Assembly: GCA_951406725.2 (NCBI GenBank)
Contig: OX597814.1
Span: 149,296,001 to 149,360,000 of the forward strand
DNA length: 64,000 nt
Direction of reading: 5' to 3'
From: Octopus vulgaris
Lineage: Eukaryota
Shown here: positions 41,446-55,417 of the stretch, in pieces
Position numbering within the stretch: the first letter of the stretch is position 1
Layout of the letters: every line of letters begins with the position of its first letter
The notes under the pieces: model-generated
Seen by the model: only the letters and a program-made list of their open reading frames with translations
Databases searched by the model: none
Told to the model about the DNA's origin: nothing
Made by a program: the position numbers and the translations under genes

Positions 41446-41904
41446 TTTTTCAGGGGGTCTGGGAGTAATGCTAAGTTTTTAGATAAAGGAGTGCTATCTA
41501 TATACTTGGAGAAGGTATGTGGGTGACGAGGCTTGTTATTGTTAGCTGTTTTAATTGTTTATATATGTATGTGTGTGTAAGATACACATATAGGATAGCG
41601 AATATTCTTTAGAAATATCACCACCAGTGGCCTAGCATGTATAAAGTCAATAGACAACATATTCTTAATATAAAATAGGGTACATTTAAACACAAGAGAA
41701 AATTACCCTTTAACAGGTAATTTTTACACGCTGGAAGAAGCAGCCAAAACGACCAAAACCACATTTAATAGCAATTTTCGGAGGAAATGAAAAATAAAAA
41801 CTTTTACATTGTCATTTGTTTTGCGGTTATACCTAGGTTTCAAATTTCTTTAGCAAATAACATAATCTGCTAGGCGATTGCACAAGTCCAGGCAAGATAG
41901 TTTA

Positions 41905-42140
41905 TGGAAAACCGGCAGTCGCCCATGCATACCGGCCTCCCCTCTCCACGCCACCATTGTTATCTAAGGGAAAGTTCAAGGCCAATACATTTTGGCACCT
42001 GTAACATCGCAACTCCTTTCTACAGCTGAATGTATTGGAACAACGTGAAATAAAGTGTCATGCTCAAGAACACAACACGCAGCCCGATCCGAGATTCGAA
42101 CTCAACACCTCACGATCGTAAGCTCGACGCTCTAACCACT
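41905..42140 (-). mobile_element. tRNA-derived SINE (family C)
   Basis: Minus strand begins agtggttagagcgtcgagcttacgatcgtgaggtgttgagttcgaatc (A and B boxes), then gtgttgtgttcttgagca..acactttatttcacgttg. Confidence 0.75.
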
Positions 42141-42175
42141 GTATATATATATATAGTGAATATATATATATATAC

Positions 42176-42263
<88 letters not shown>

Positions 42264-42439
42264 GTGTATATATGTGTATATATATGTGTGTGTGTGACTC
42301 TGTGTGTGTGTATGTATGCATGTATGTATGTATATATGCATGTATATATATCCACTTTGTCACATCGGATTACTAGAATTTATTATGTTAATCGAAAGAA
42401 GAATGTACTGCATCGAGAGAATATGGTTTTCAGTATGTA

Positions 42440-42605
42440 TTCCGACTACTTATATGTATTAAGTTCAAAACCCGCCGACGTAAGCTTTCGCTTTTATATT
42501 TCGAAGTGAGTGGATGAAATGAAGTACTAATCAAGTACTACAGTCAACCTGATCGACAATCACCTCCACTCAAAATTGCGGAATTCGTGACTAAATCAGA
42601 AAAAA
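42440..42605 (+). mobile_element. SINE family A, decayed
   Basis: aagttcaaaacccgccgacgtaagctttcgctttt..gaagtacta..gatcgac. Confidence 0.5.
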
Positions 42606-43184
42606 TTAATCCCAATCGAACACCAAATCCCACTAGAATTCGCTGCTTTTCATCCTTACCAATGAAATGGAGTAGCATTCACCGGGGTTGGTGGAACCCA
42701 CTAAAACACTTCCCTCAAATTTCAAGTGTTTTGTGGGACTTCAAAGTCAGACATTGAAGTGCTAGTACTTTGTTAAATAGTCTGTTTCTAACATAGAACC
42801 CAATTCACTCCTTTGTGTGTGCTTTTTTTCCGTTTTGTTCTTTATTTGAAACTTACACGTAATCTGTTAACCACCTACTCCCCTAACAGTTCCTTTTCTT
42901 TTTCTCTCGTCTCTCTAATAGTCACTCCCTTTCCCAGCCTCACTCTGTTCCTCTTTGTCTCTGTCTGTCAGTCACACTCTCTATCTCTTATTCCCTCTCT
43001 CTTTCTTCCTCCCTCTCTCTTCTCCACCTTTCTTTCACTCTTTCTTTCTTTCCGTTTTTCTTTTTACTTTTTTCTTTTCGTCTCTCTCTCTCTGTCTCCC
43101 TCTAAAAAAATATATGTATATATGTGTGTGTCTGTCTGTCTATTTGTCTCTGTCTGTCTCTGTATCTGTCTATCTGTCTGTCTG

Positions 43185-43262
<78 letters not shown>

Positions 43263-43974
43263 TTTTTTTTTTCTTTGCATTCACTATTTTTTCTTAGTCC
43301 TTCAATCCAATCGTAGTTTTTCCTTAACTTCAGACGCAACATCCCTCTCCTATTATTCGCTCTCTTTTATCATGTTTTCGCTTTCAACATCCCTATTCTC
43401 TTTCTCTTTATCTTCCCTTTCCAGCCATCCCATTTTATCTCTCTCTCTCTATTTCTCTTTCTCTCTCTCTGTCTTTCATCTACGTCTCGCCAACCCTCTT
43501 TCTCCATTTCTCTATTTCCTTTGCCCGCTCGCACCAATCATGACTCATTCTAACGAAGAGATCAGTTGCACTTGTTGCACACGCAACAGCACTGACCTGG
43601 GTGGAGATGATATTAATGGTGGCATTCCAGATGATAGAGGGATAGAAAGGGGTGGCAGCTGATATCGCGTTGGTGGCTGCAATAGATGGGAGGGGGCTAG
43701 CGATAGATGCTAGTTATGAGTTTGTATTCGTTTTATTGATGTTGTCGTAGTTGCTGATGTTGTTGTTGATGCTGTTGTTATTGTTGTTGATGATGATGAT
43801 GGTGATGTGTAGGGATACTTGAAGTTATGTTGTTTATATTGTTGTTATTACCACATTTCTTTTTTTTTCTATTGGTATATAAACTTTAGGGGGGGGTGTT
43901 TATTTTCTTGTTATGGTGGAGAGCCGTCTTGATGGCAGTGGCGTTGGTAGCGACGGTGCTGTTGCTGCAGCTGA

Positions 43975-44034
43975 AGATAATGATGATGATGATGATGATG
44001 ATGAGGAGGAGGAGGAGGAGGAGGAGGAGGATGG

Positions 44035-44109
<75 letters not shown>

Positions 44110-44338
44110 CGATGATGATGATGATGATGATGACGATGATGATGATGACGATGATGATGATGGTGATGATGATGATGATGAAGATGAGGATGATTATGAT
44201 GATGACGATGATGATGATGGTGATGATGATGATGATGATGATGATTATGATGATGACTGATGATGATGACGATGATGGTGGTGGTGGTGATGATGATGAC
44301 GATGATGATGGTGAGGACGATGATGATGGTGGTGGTGG

Positions 44339-44389
<51 letters not shown>

Positions 44390-44410
44390 CGATGATAGTG
44401 ATGAGGGTAA
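43975..44410. repeat. Long imperfect (GAT)n/(GAG)n/(GGT)n triplet repeat
   Basis: Directly visible. Confidence 0.95.
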
Positions 44411-45723
44411 TGTTTGTGGCGTGGTATTTTTTGGTGATGATAAGGGTAGTTGCCGTCGTGGAAAATTTGATGTTGTTGATGCTGATGTTGAGGTTGCTGG
44501 TGGTGTTCATGGTGATTGTGGAAGAAGTAGATAATGGTAGAGAGAGACAATACTGGTTGCCATCGTCGGGGAAACGGTGATGTTGATGCCGTTGGAGACG
44601 GTTTTGGTGGTAGCTTTAATAGCATTTGAGGCAAAAGCGCTTTTATTGTTGTTGTTTTTTTATTATTTAATGTAACCATGCGTCTCTTTGTTTTGTTGGG
44701 ATTTTCTTTTTTTTAATATGGTGGTTGTTGTGGTGATGGTGATGGTAATAGGGATAGTATTAGGAATGGTGGTGGTGGTGGTGGTGGTGGTGGCATTGTT
44801 GCCTGTTCATTCATTGCTGTTTCTCTTGTTTTTTTTATTTCTTGTGTGCGAGGAGAGATATTCATGACCGTTATTTTATCATGATGTTGATTTTGTTGCT
44901 GGAGGTGGTGGTGTTGGTGATGGTGGTGGTGGTGGTGGTGGTGATGGTGGTGGTAGTGATAATGGTGGTGGTGTTCGTGGTGGTGCTAGTGGTGGTGACG
45001 ATGGTGTTTAAGGAAGGAGTTGGTTGTGGTGGGTCAATGGAAACAGCAGCAACTGAAGCGGTGATGGAAGTAATACATAATGTAAGAATAAGCCCTAATC
45101 CAGAATCCAAGGAAACCGTTGTAGGTCTGTATCGGTAGCAAGTGATCCAAAGACAAAAAAATAAATATTTTGTTGATTCAGAGCGGCATTGAGTTTCCTG
45201 AGGTTGTTCTGACATATCTTTCGTTAAAATTGATGTTTAGTCCAAATGAACCCTGCTTCACCAATACGCAAATCAGAGGCATTCCTGTTGTGACGATCTC
45301 CCCCTTTACACAGACACACACACACATTTGAGCCCCCCTTGTATAAATATGTATGTATATATATATATATATATATACACATATATATTAGTGTATGTAT
45401 GTGTGTTTATATATATAACACCTTTAGTTCATATAAGTGATATTTATTATTATATATAATTTAAACATTAATTTTCTTCTTACATTTCACATTCACTAGA
45501 TATATATATTTTCCAAGTCTATATGGTTTTATTTAATATACATATAGTCATATACTTCTCATTTATTAGGTTTTCTTTCCTTTATTCCTCCTTTTTCTAT
45601 AGGATACATGTGACGTTATATCCTATAACGTTTTTTTTTAAAACAATCTTAATAGCGTTCAGTTAATCACTATACATATCCATCATTTTCTGCTAATGTC
45701 TTATTGACGAGTTTCATTTCTTC

Positions 45724-45812
45724 ACTTCTCTGAAGAAAAGATTAAATTGTTTCATAGCATTTTATTCCTTTGGAATAATACCAGTGATATCTTCGAAACA
45801 TGTGTCGGAAGT
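45724..45812 (+). ncRNA. Type I HHR with enlarged loop 2
   Basis: Stem I acttct/ggaagt; CTGAAGA 45730-45736; stem II a-aagat..atctt-c with a loop of about 45 nt; GAAA; stem III aca-tg-tgt; GUC 45804-45806. Confidence 0.65.
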
Positions 45813-46010
45813 AAAAGAATTTGAAATAACACCTGCATTTAACTTCTTTATTTATTTATATATATTATACAAAATATTTCACATAAACCTGAAGTTTTTA
45901 CCTTTAAAAACAAGGAGTTACAACCTTTTTACTAGCGTGATGTTTTGCTACCCTGGTAACTATTTATCTATTTTTTCCATGTTAATTTTTAACAAGGGGA
46001 AAATTCACAC

Positions 46011-46054
<44 letters not shown>

Positions 46055-46764
46055 GTATGTGTGTATGTGTGTGTGTGTGTCGGTTTTCTAACGGTTACTG
46101 AAATCTGTCAGAAGCGTTCCTGTAGTGATCTCATGAATCTCGTTCTGGACATCCCAATGAAAAGTGCGTGAAGATGGTCATATCTTCCGCTCGTGTGTGT
46201 TGGCACATCCGTAGCGCTGCTACCAAGTAATGTATTATATACGCAGTTTTTTTTACATATAACGTCTTGTTGCGTATGTATGTATATACATCTATATATA
46301 TATGTGTGTGTGTGTGTGTATCAAGGACTGCATTTTTAACGTATCTTTCCCATTTCTGGTATTAAAAAGGTAGTGATTTCAGAGGAAATTAGTGGAGCTC
46401 TTCTAAGATGATCGAGTAACCATGTTGGAATTTCTTACTTGACTCATGTGGCATTGTTGTTGGTTTTCTTAATGGTTAAATATTGATGAAAAGTATTCCG
46501 TTCGGTGCCAAGTCATATTTTTGTTGCCTGCAAATATTTCAAAACCACATTATTTAAACCTTCAATTTTATTTTGTAAGAAACAATGTAATATCTGGAAA
46601 ATGTGGCCGTTCTTTCTTGGTGACTGAATGACCGTGTAAAGATCCCTTTTCAGTCTCATTGGCATCGTTATAGTTAAGGTTGGATCGGTTGGCGTTGTTA
46701 GATTTGGTTTTGATGAATGTATAATGGCAAAATATAGTTACTCATTGGTAGGTACAATGAATAG

Positions 46765-46826
46765 TGTAGTAGTGGCAGGTGCAGCAGCAGCAGCAGCAGC
46801 AGTAGTATTAGTATTATTATTATTAT

Positions 46827-46872
<46 letters not shown>

Positions 46873-46911
46873 TATCGTCGTCGTGGTAGTGGTGGTAGAG
46901 GTGGTGGTGGC

Positions 46912-46960
<49 letters not shown>

Positions 46961-46975
46961 ATAGTAGTTGTTGTT
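46765..46975. repeat. Compound (GCA)n/(TAT)n/(GTA)n/(GTG)n triplet repeat
   Basis: Directly visible. Confidence 0.9.
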
Positions 46976-49062
46976 GTTTAGCCCTAGGCTGGCCTTGACC
47001 GAGCAGCCCTATTCTCAATAGAATTCCAGCTATTATCATATTACCATGCCACATTTTGCGGAGTATCTTATTTTACACTGGAGGATATAGTTTCTGAGGT
47101 GTTTGGTTGCTATTTCTGGCAGGCTATAAGGTCGAGGTATTTGTTTTTGTTGAGTCACAGTTGGGCGCTAAGATTAAATAAGCCTTTGACAAAAGGCATT
47201 CCACAAGTGACAAACCTGTCTGACGATGGCGGTGTTGTTGAGAAATATTGTCAGTCTTGTTTATACGTAGGTCAACCCATGATCAAGTACATGTTTGATC
47301 AAAAACATTCTATCCACGACCACTCGCCTTTTGTACAGCTTAGAGCACATAGAATTTCAGTATCTGGTATGTTTTTCTTTTCTTAAAACAATAGTATTTA
47401 TATTGAGGAATATATTTCTGTTATGTCTAGCCAAACCAAAACACGGCATTGGCGACGAGAGGTAGTGATGTTTTGAGTGATAGTGGAGGAGGGTGATAGT
47501 GATACTTGTGGTGGTAGTGGCAGTCGTGGGTGAGTGGGTGATGCAGATAACTGTAAGAATAAATGAAATTTGGATAAGAAACCCCAGAGACAATCGCATA
47601 CAACTTTATAAGAAATTAGAGAAATTAAATTTGTGTACTTTTTTTTTTTATATTTCAATCTGGATTTAGAAAATACAATGTAAATATGTTTACAATTCTA
47701 ACAAGTTCTGTGTCTCTTTATTTTATAGTCTAAAAAAATATTCAGATTTTTTTTTTACTTAGATAATCTTAAAAGAATCTATTTTTTTTCTTCTTGTTGT
47801 TGTTTTGAGAGTTGCGCAGTAGAGTCGAGAAAACAACGAGCCACATATGTGAGATGTTACATCACCTGATTTAACACCGCCACAAGGCAATAAGAGAATC
47901 TAAACAAGATCAATCAACATGCTAAAAATAGCAGCTAAATAGTTGTCATAATACACCCTATATTCTTCTGTATTAAAATAAGTACCGATAATGTAGTCTG
48001 GATAATGTAGTCCCAAGTAAATATTTCTAAAATGTGAAACTAAGTGCTCCACATTGCTCATCACCTCTTTATTCAGCTCAAGAGTAAAAAAACAAAGTGA
48101 ATATTATCAACGTGGTCGTTTGACATGTCTGAGAAAATAAACAACCAAATCACGCACTACCGGTTCAGAAAACAATGACACAATAAATAATTTGATCTTT
48201 GGTGTATTTTACCTAGGAAAAGAAGTGATAAACATAGAATTCCTTTGATCACACGTTTACCTAGTAGTTGTTAACCTAGGGCTGAAAATCAGAATTACAC
48301 CAAGGAATACATAAATGTTGTGCGGCGTGTTGATGCTTTTCTGATGCCGTTCGTAGGCATCGACCCAAAACTTTCAATCAACAAATGCGGATCTCTTTCC
48401 CAAAATATTCTTCCAATATCCATCACTCTTACATTAGAAGGATAATTTAATAATCTAGTACTTGATATGCTGTCGGAATATAAGGTAGGGGAATCAAAGC
48501 AGGAATCTCACTGACTATATATATTTTGGTTTAAACATCAAATTTCAAACACACACACTAACACACACGCGCGCGCACACACACATACACATTCGAGTTA
48601 AGCGCCACCTGTTTATCTGTGTCCCTGACTGGAGATTATATTATCGGAAATATTTGTATCAGCCTAAACAATATATTAAACAATTTGAATCTCTACGCTT
48701 CTATTCCAGATTCTGATCTTTAGATATCGGGATTAGTCTAAAGTCTGAGCCGAAATGCAAGTAAAACATAAATAAAGTGTGACCTCACAAGGTCGTAGTT
48801 TCGATTCAAAATGAGTTTTGTTCTTGAGCAAACCACTTCATTTCAAGTTGCTCAGCGAAGATGTCATTGTCTGACATGTAGCACAACGTGGACATTGGTA
48901 CACGATAGTAATCGGAAGGAGTGAGTGAGCTCAAGTGCAGCACAAACATTTGTTTTTTCTATAAACAAATCATCTGTGCAAGTTCAGCAAGTAATAGCGG
49001 GAACTTCAATTGTAGTTTAGGTCAGGAAATCCTCCATACATCTCTCTCTCTGTCCCTCTCTG

Positions 49063-49137
<75 letters not shown>

Positions 49138-49154
49138 CTCTCTCTATATATATA

Positions 49155-49331
49155 CCGGAGTAAACACATAAATGTGAAACAAGGTGGAAAAAAGAGTACT
49201 CAAATACCAGTGGTAGAGTGATATGCTTTATTTAAAGCAGCAGAAAATTCAACAAAACCTGTTACTCTGAGTTTCCCGTTGCCGACTCAGAGTAACAAGT
49301 TTTGTTGAATTTTCTGCTGCTTTAAATAAAG
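49155..49331 (-). mobile_element. P1 pseudo-LTR with fold-back (arms 49226-49272 and 49285-49331)
   Basis: Reverse complement of 797-926; the sequence inverts inside HHR stem II, so the CUGANGA half is absent; (TA)n on both sides. Confidence 0.85.
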
Positions 49332-49505
49332 TATATATATATATATATATATATAAGAAAGTTTGTTTGTGAAAGCACGTGGGTGAATATATAAGAAAAT
49401 AGTAAAGAGTGAAAAAACGACAGAAGGCTTAAATGTTAAAGAATATATATATTTGCGTCAATATGTCTGGAGAATATTGAAAAAGTTTTTTTCCCTTCTT
49501 ATAAT

Positions 49506-49567
<62 letters not shown>

Positions 49568-49653
49568 CATGTTGTTCTGTCTTACTAGATTATTTTATTT
49601 TATTTCTTTATTATTTTATAATTAGCCTTTATTTATTTGTAAAATTAATCTAA

Positions 49654-50106
49654 TTCTTCTTTAAAGAGGGACAGAAATTCAAGATCAAATCTAACTTTAC
49701 TTGTGCCTCTGAAAACATAATTTATGTCATAAAATGCTCGGGCTGCCACCAAGACTACGTGGGGTCCACGGGACTATCACTCAGACGTAGATGCACACTG
49801 CATCGACAACAGATTGCATTCCCAGAATATAGAATGATACCTTTTAGTGAGCACATTGAGAAATGCGCAAAGCAACTACAACCACAATTTTTAATCTTTC
49901 CATTTTACCAATGTGCTTTCGGATCATCAACACAAATTAGACTAAATAAGGAAACATTCTTCATTGAAAAGTACAAACCCAGACTCAACTATCCAAACAT
50001 AATAATAACAGAGAAATTCACACTAAGAGAAAAAGGAAAAAAAAAATTTTTATGCGATTATCTCCCTTACACCGGAAGAAATCACGCACTACCTTCCCTT
50101 ATTTAG
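49654..50106 (+). pseudogene. Penelope-like GIY-YIG endonuclease domain (stop-free, 5'-truncated, no start codon)
   Basis: FKIKSNFTCASENIIYVIKCSGCHQDYVGSTGLSLRRRCTLHRQQI..EHIEKC..RLNKETFFIEKYKPRLN: IY..YVG motif with catalytic R, E and N; 150 codons open. Confidence 0.9.
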
Positions 50107-50162
50107 AACTCTCCGTAGCAAAAAAACAAGGATAACACTATTAAAGATAAACATTACGTCGC

Positions 50163-50201
50163 AAGAAATTTGAAGAGCTAAATGCGAAACCGGTCTTTCT
50201 T
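50163..50201 (+). ncRNA. Minimal HHR just downstream of the GIY-YIG frame
   Basis: aagaaa-t-TTGAAGA-gc-taaat-gc-GAAA-ccgg-TC-tttctt: 6-bp stem I, palindromic accggt, GUC site; C3U and one extra nucleotide. Confidence 0.65.
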
Positions 50202-50329
50202 TAAAAATTATAAAATTATGTCATTATAAGAAGGGAAAAAAATTTTTCCAATATTCTCCAGACATATTGACGCAGATATATATATTCTTTAACATTTAAG
50301 CCTTCTGTCGTTTTTTCACTCTTTACTAT

Positions 50330-50383
<54 letters not shown>

Positions 50384-51607
50384 GTTGTTCTGTCCTACTA
50401 GATTATTTTATTTTATTTCTTTATTATTTTATAATTAGCCTTTATTTATTTGTAAAATTAATCTAATTTTTGTACCTCTATAAATTCATACTTAGCTTAT
50501 ATAAAACTATACTGGTATATTCACTACTTATAAAAAAATACTGCTTAGATTATTATTTTATTAATTTATAATTAGCATGCTCCTTTACCTCAATATTCCT
50601 TTATTAATACCAGTATATTCCAATTAATCAATATTCACAGATACCATCTGATGAGTTAGTATTTAAGTGTACAAGATGTATAATTATTAAACTATTTCTG
50701 GATAATTTCTTTCCCTCCTCTATTGTGGTAAATTTATATCCTTTTGTTATAATATTATTCTTAATAAGCCTTTGAATAACCCTAAACTTTAACTGTATAC
50801 AATATAGCAACATTGTTTAAAATATTTAACTATAGTACTACATGATAAGACTTCCCCTGTTTCATTATCAATGGTTTGCTAGTGGGCGACCCCCTTAATT
50901 ATCAGCTAACGCCTTGTTTGAAGTTTTCCTTTACCAAACCTCATGATTTTGCTTCTAATAAATCTTGATTTTTATGACTATACCAACTATAATGTTTGTC
51001 TGCTCCCTCAACCCTACTCCTAACAGATACTGCCCTCTGTTCTCCTCGCCTTAGATATACAAGGGATTTTATAAACTAATCTATAAATTAAAACCGAACC
51101 CATAAAAACAAACAATCAGTGACAGGCAGAGTCTGTTACAATGTATATCTACGTAGCATATATTAATTTATTATTTCTCATCGAGTTGTTTTCTATAGTT
51201 AGTGCACAGAAAAGTTCTCCTTACATCTACGACATTATTATTCTACCAAATGACAGCATATGTGTGTGTGGTGTGTATGTGTGTGTACACATATACAGAC
51301 TCGCATTCACTAATACATCTTTATGTGCGTAATAAAAAAAATATTTATTTTGTAATTCGAGATTAAATATCATCAAAAGAAGACATAAGTTAAGACAAAA
51401 AAATAATTTCCTTTCTTCTAGTTTGTTTCGTACTTCCATTAAGCAGTACTACTACAATGACCTGCACCGGCATTTGAGAAAGATATACATCTACATTTGA
51501 CAAGAGTTTGTACGGTATGTTGGCGATGGAACTTTGATATCTCTATTATAACCTTGAATTTTACTGGGATTATCTGATAGGATATAATGTCAAGTGAAAT
51601 TTTATGT

Positions 51608-51641
<34 letters not shown>

Positions 51642-51696
51642 TATAAATATACATATACATACATCTATATATATATACATATACATACATACATAT

Positions 51697-51792
<96 letters not shown>

Positions 51793-51954
51793 TAATCAGA
51801 GTCAGCGGTTAAAATAACCGACTAAGTGATTAAATATCTGTATGTACTATCGGTAACCGTTACCCGTGTTATCCCGGGAATTTGTGTGCTGGCACACTAT
51901 GCACGTAGAGTGCAGGTAACAAGAGGATAAACAAGAGTTTATCAGGAAACAAAT

Positions 51955-52363
51955 ACAAATAATCAGAAAATTGAGAAAACCTCAGATTAGCAAACACATC
52001 GAATGGCCCATATTTATAGCTTCTTTTTTAATACAAAGCATGACATAACAAATAGGTGACGTAAACAATCTTACGGCCGTTTCCGCTTCCGTTGTCAAAC
52101 AATGTGTATAAAAATAATTGCGAAAATAACATTCCTCATAGGACATACGAATCAAGCCCTTAATTCGAATGTCTTATGAAGATGAAGAATTTTATTTTCG
52201 CAAATATTTATAAACAGTGTTTGGCAACGGATGCAGAAACGGCCGTAAGCTTTGTTACGTCACCTATTTATTATGCCATGCTTTGTATTAAAAATGAAGC
52301 TATAAATATGGTCCAATCGATGTGTTTATTAATCTGAGGTTTTCTCTATTTTCTGATTATTTG

Positions 52364-52364
<1 letters not shown>
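51955..52364. mobile_element. Fold-back element (~200-bp arms) with HHR-like GAAACGGCCGUA in both arms
   Basis: Arms 51955-52152 and 52163-52364; gaaacggccgta at 52236-52247 and its inverse at 52072-52083; the 5' core is degenerate (cttatga/cctatga); lies within a unit flanked by (TA)n. Confidence 0.7.
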
Positions 52365-52395
<31 letters not shown>

Positions 52396-52903
52396 ATACA
52401 TATATAAAAAATGTAGTTAGTTTGTTCATTGTTTTGTCTTCGTGTAAAAGATGGGCTGCAGCAAATATTCTGCTCTCAATACCACAGATTGCTTTGTCAC
52501 TTGCTTGGCCTTCACCAGTTGAGCATGTCCCTTAGTGGCTGACAATATATGCATCTCTGATCAAAAGCAGAATTAGTGGGTGAGCATCATAGCCATGTGT
52601 AGAGAGGAATTCTTTGGGGCTTGAATTATTCAAATTTGGAAATATGGGTGTTTTGTTCATCATCCTTAAACAAACCTTATTCAGGGTCTTTTAGAGCGGA
52701 ATGGGTTACTTAACCTGAAGAGAATGCTTACTGGCTTCCACCTGCAAGGGTATGTGCTGTTTATATTGATATGAAATCTCCAGGTCGCGCACGTATAGTT
52801 GTGATGCAAGTGCCTGGTGTACCCTTAATGGACGGGTAGTCACGACAGGTATATTGGACTTCCTATATTTGTAACCCAGTGTCACTTTGATACTACCTCT
52901 ACA

Positions 52904-53288
<385 letters not shown>

Positions 53289-53715
53289 ATCCTTTTTACT
53301 ATGGTCTCATAGCATGAAATTTTCGGGGAAAGAGCTGGACGATTACATCGGCTATGGCACTCATTTACCAACCGCAAACAAGGGAAACCAAAATCTCTAA
53401 GCATTTTGTCTCCTATGCTGACGACTCTGCCAGCTCGCTGTCTTCTTGTTTCAAAGTTTGACACTCTACGTTCTTGAACGACTACGAAGGATGAAAATGA
53501 AATTGACCTAGCTGGGATTTGAACTTGACAGATGATGGCATGTCTTAAAGGCATTTCATTCGCCTTTCAGGTTTGATTTCAAATTTCATCGAGCTCAGCT
53601 TTGCCTTTCATCCTTTCAGGGTCGGTAAAATAAGAACCAGCTGAGTACTGTGGCCGTTATAATCAAATTATCGCCTCTCACAAAGTTGCGGGCCTTATGC
53701 CAAAGATTTCAACGT
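53289..53715. mobile_element. Head-to-head SINE family A copies (minus about 53289-53545, plus about 53550-53715)
   Basis: ctctgccagctcgc and gaaggatgaaa..atttgaact on the minus side; tttgcctttcatcctttcagggtcggtaaaataagaaccag on the plus side. Confidence 0.7.
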
Positions 53716-53719
53716 GCTA

Positions 53720-53753
53720 TTATTATCACTTTTATTATTATTTTTATTATTAC

Positions 53754-53820
<67 letters not shown>

Positions 53821-53934
53821 GTTATTATTATTATTATAATTAGTAGTAGTAGTAGTAGTAGTAGTGGTAGCGGTGGTGGTGGTAGTATTAGAAGTGGTGC
53901 TGGTGGTGGTAGTTGTGGTAGTAATAGTAGTAGT

Positions 53935-54010
<76 letters not shown>
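53720..54010. repeat. (TTA)n-(TAG)n-(CAG)n triplet tract
   Basis: Directly visible; tail of the plus-strand SINE A. Confidence 0.95.
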
Positions 54011-54782
54011 AAAATTATTTGATAAAAAGTAAACACTGCAAATATGTGATTTCGTTCGGAAGAGAAAAGAAGGAAAAAAAATCGTTTTTTTTAACTGATT
54101 GAGAAATATTTCTATGATACAGAGATATGTGTATATTTTCGTTTTTGCCACTTAACTTCTAACAAATTGGAAAACAGAAAGAACCCACATATCAGTCCAA
54201 TAAAAATCCTCCAAAATGCCGAAATGGATTCTGAGACATGTTATCAAGAAAAAGAAATACAGGAATCTTTTGTAAAATATTGAAGTAGACATTTTTTTAA
54301 TTTTATTTATTTATTTTAGATTCGTTTGTTTGTTTGTTTGTTTGTTTGCTTATTGATTTCATTATCTTGGATATTTTCCTCTGAATTCTTCATTCTTATA
54401 ACAGAAATCATTGTGGAAGCTTTTTACCTAATTGAGCTGGAAGATGCTGTACATAAACACTCACACTTACATGCACACAGAGACATACGGGCACATAAAT
54501 ACAAGCACGCCCAACACACACACGCACACATGCATATAAATGTTTACACATACATACTAACGACACGCTATCGCACAATCACAATCACATGGTGCGCATC
54601 TGCTCAATGCATAAATGTTACATATTTATGTATGAGGTTTGGTATCACAAACATACACATATATTTATTATATATATACAGTATATACAAATCCCACACA
54701 CTCTTGTTCACGCATATACATATACTATTTATTTGTATAAACTACATACGCTTTATATATACACACATACATATATATATAT

Positions 54783-54854
<72 letters not shown>

Positions 54855-55358
54855 TTTTTGTGCACAAACAGATATGCACATGTATGTATATGTGGAAACG
54901 GATGTATATTTGATGGCGTGTGTCTATGGCTGACAATATACATGTAAACAGAGATTTCCACAAAATTTTATGGCTTACATTTGCTAAAAAAAGAGAAACA
55001 AATATGCACTTCAAGAATATACACTGCTTGTTTAAAAATAGATAACTTCTATGCCAAATGATTTCTAGTGATTAACGAGAGAATGGTAAATTGGACTGCC
55101 TCAATGTTTACGTTTTATTTTATTTTTCGAAGGTTAAATGCATTACCCATGTAATCACAATGTGTATTTAGTTTGTTAAAAGTACAAAATACTGTCAGAT
55201 TGGTGCTACACCTCAGATGTTTATGTTCTGTCTGATGGTTTTAGAAATTTAGTAAACGCTATTTCTCACCTGCTCTTTCTCCATTTGTTTCCCTACATAT
55301 TTATATAGGGATATACATACGTGCATATATACGTATATACATTCATACACACACACGC

Positions 55359-55417
<59 letters not shown>

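Larger units (their letters stand above)
38893..41570 (-). mobile_element. 5'-truncated Penelope-like retroelement: RT-thumb/linker, GIY-YIG, long pyrimidine-rich 3' region, HHR, P2 pseudo-LTR; interrupted at about 39810-40370
   Basis: Coding relic at 40520-41445, same-strand HHR at 39101-39150, P2 terminus shared with 1533-1800. Continuity across the interruption is inferred. Confidence 0.6.
49388..50468 (+). mobile_element. 5'-truncated Penelope-like insertion with inverted pseudo-LTR and 89-bp direct repeat
   Basis: 49388-49511 is the inverse of 50217-50340; 49567-49655 is repeated at 50380-50468; the GIY-YIG frame and an HHR lie between. Confidence 0.85.

Noticed and set aside
42060-42140. 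tRNA gene (also considered for the family A and B heads)
   Set aside because: A/B boxes are present but there is no acceptor stem, and the sequence runs into SINE bodies.
43896-44679. Poly-Asp, poly-Met or poly-His ORFs as an acidic or metal-binding protein
   Set aside because: Open in several frames on both strands because of (GAT)n; no splice or domain support.
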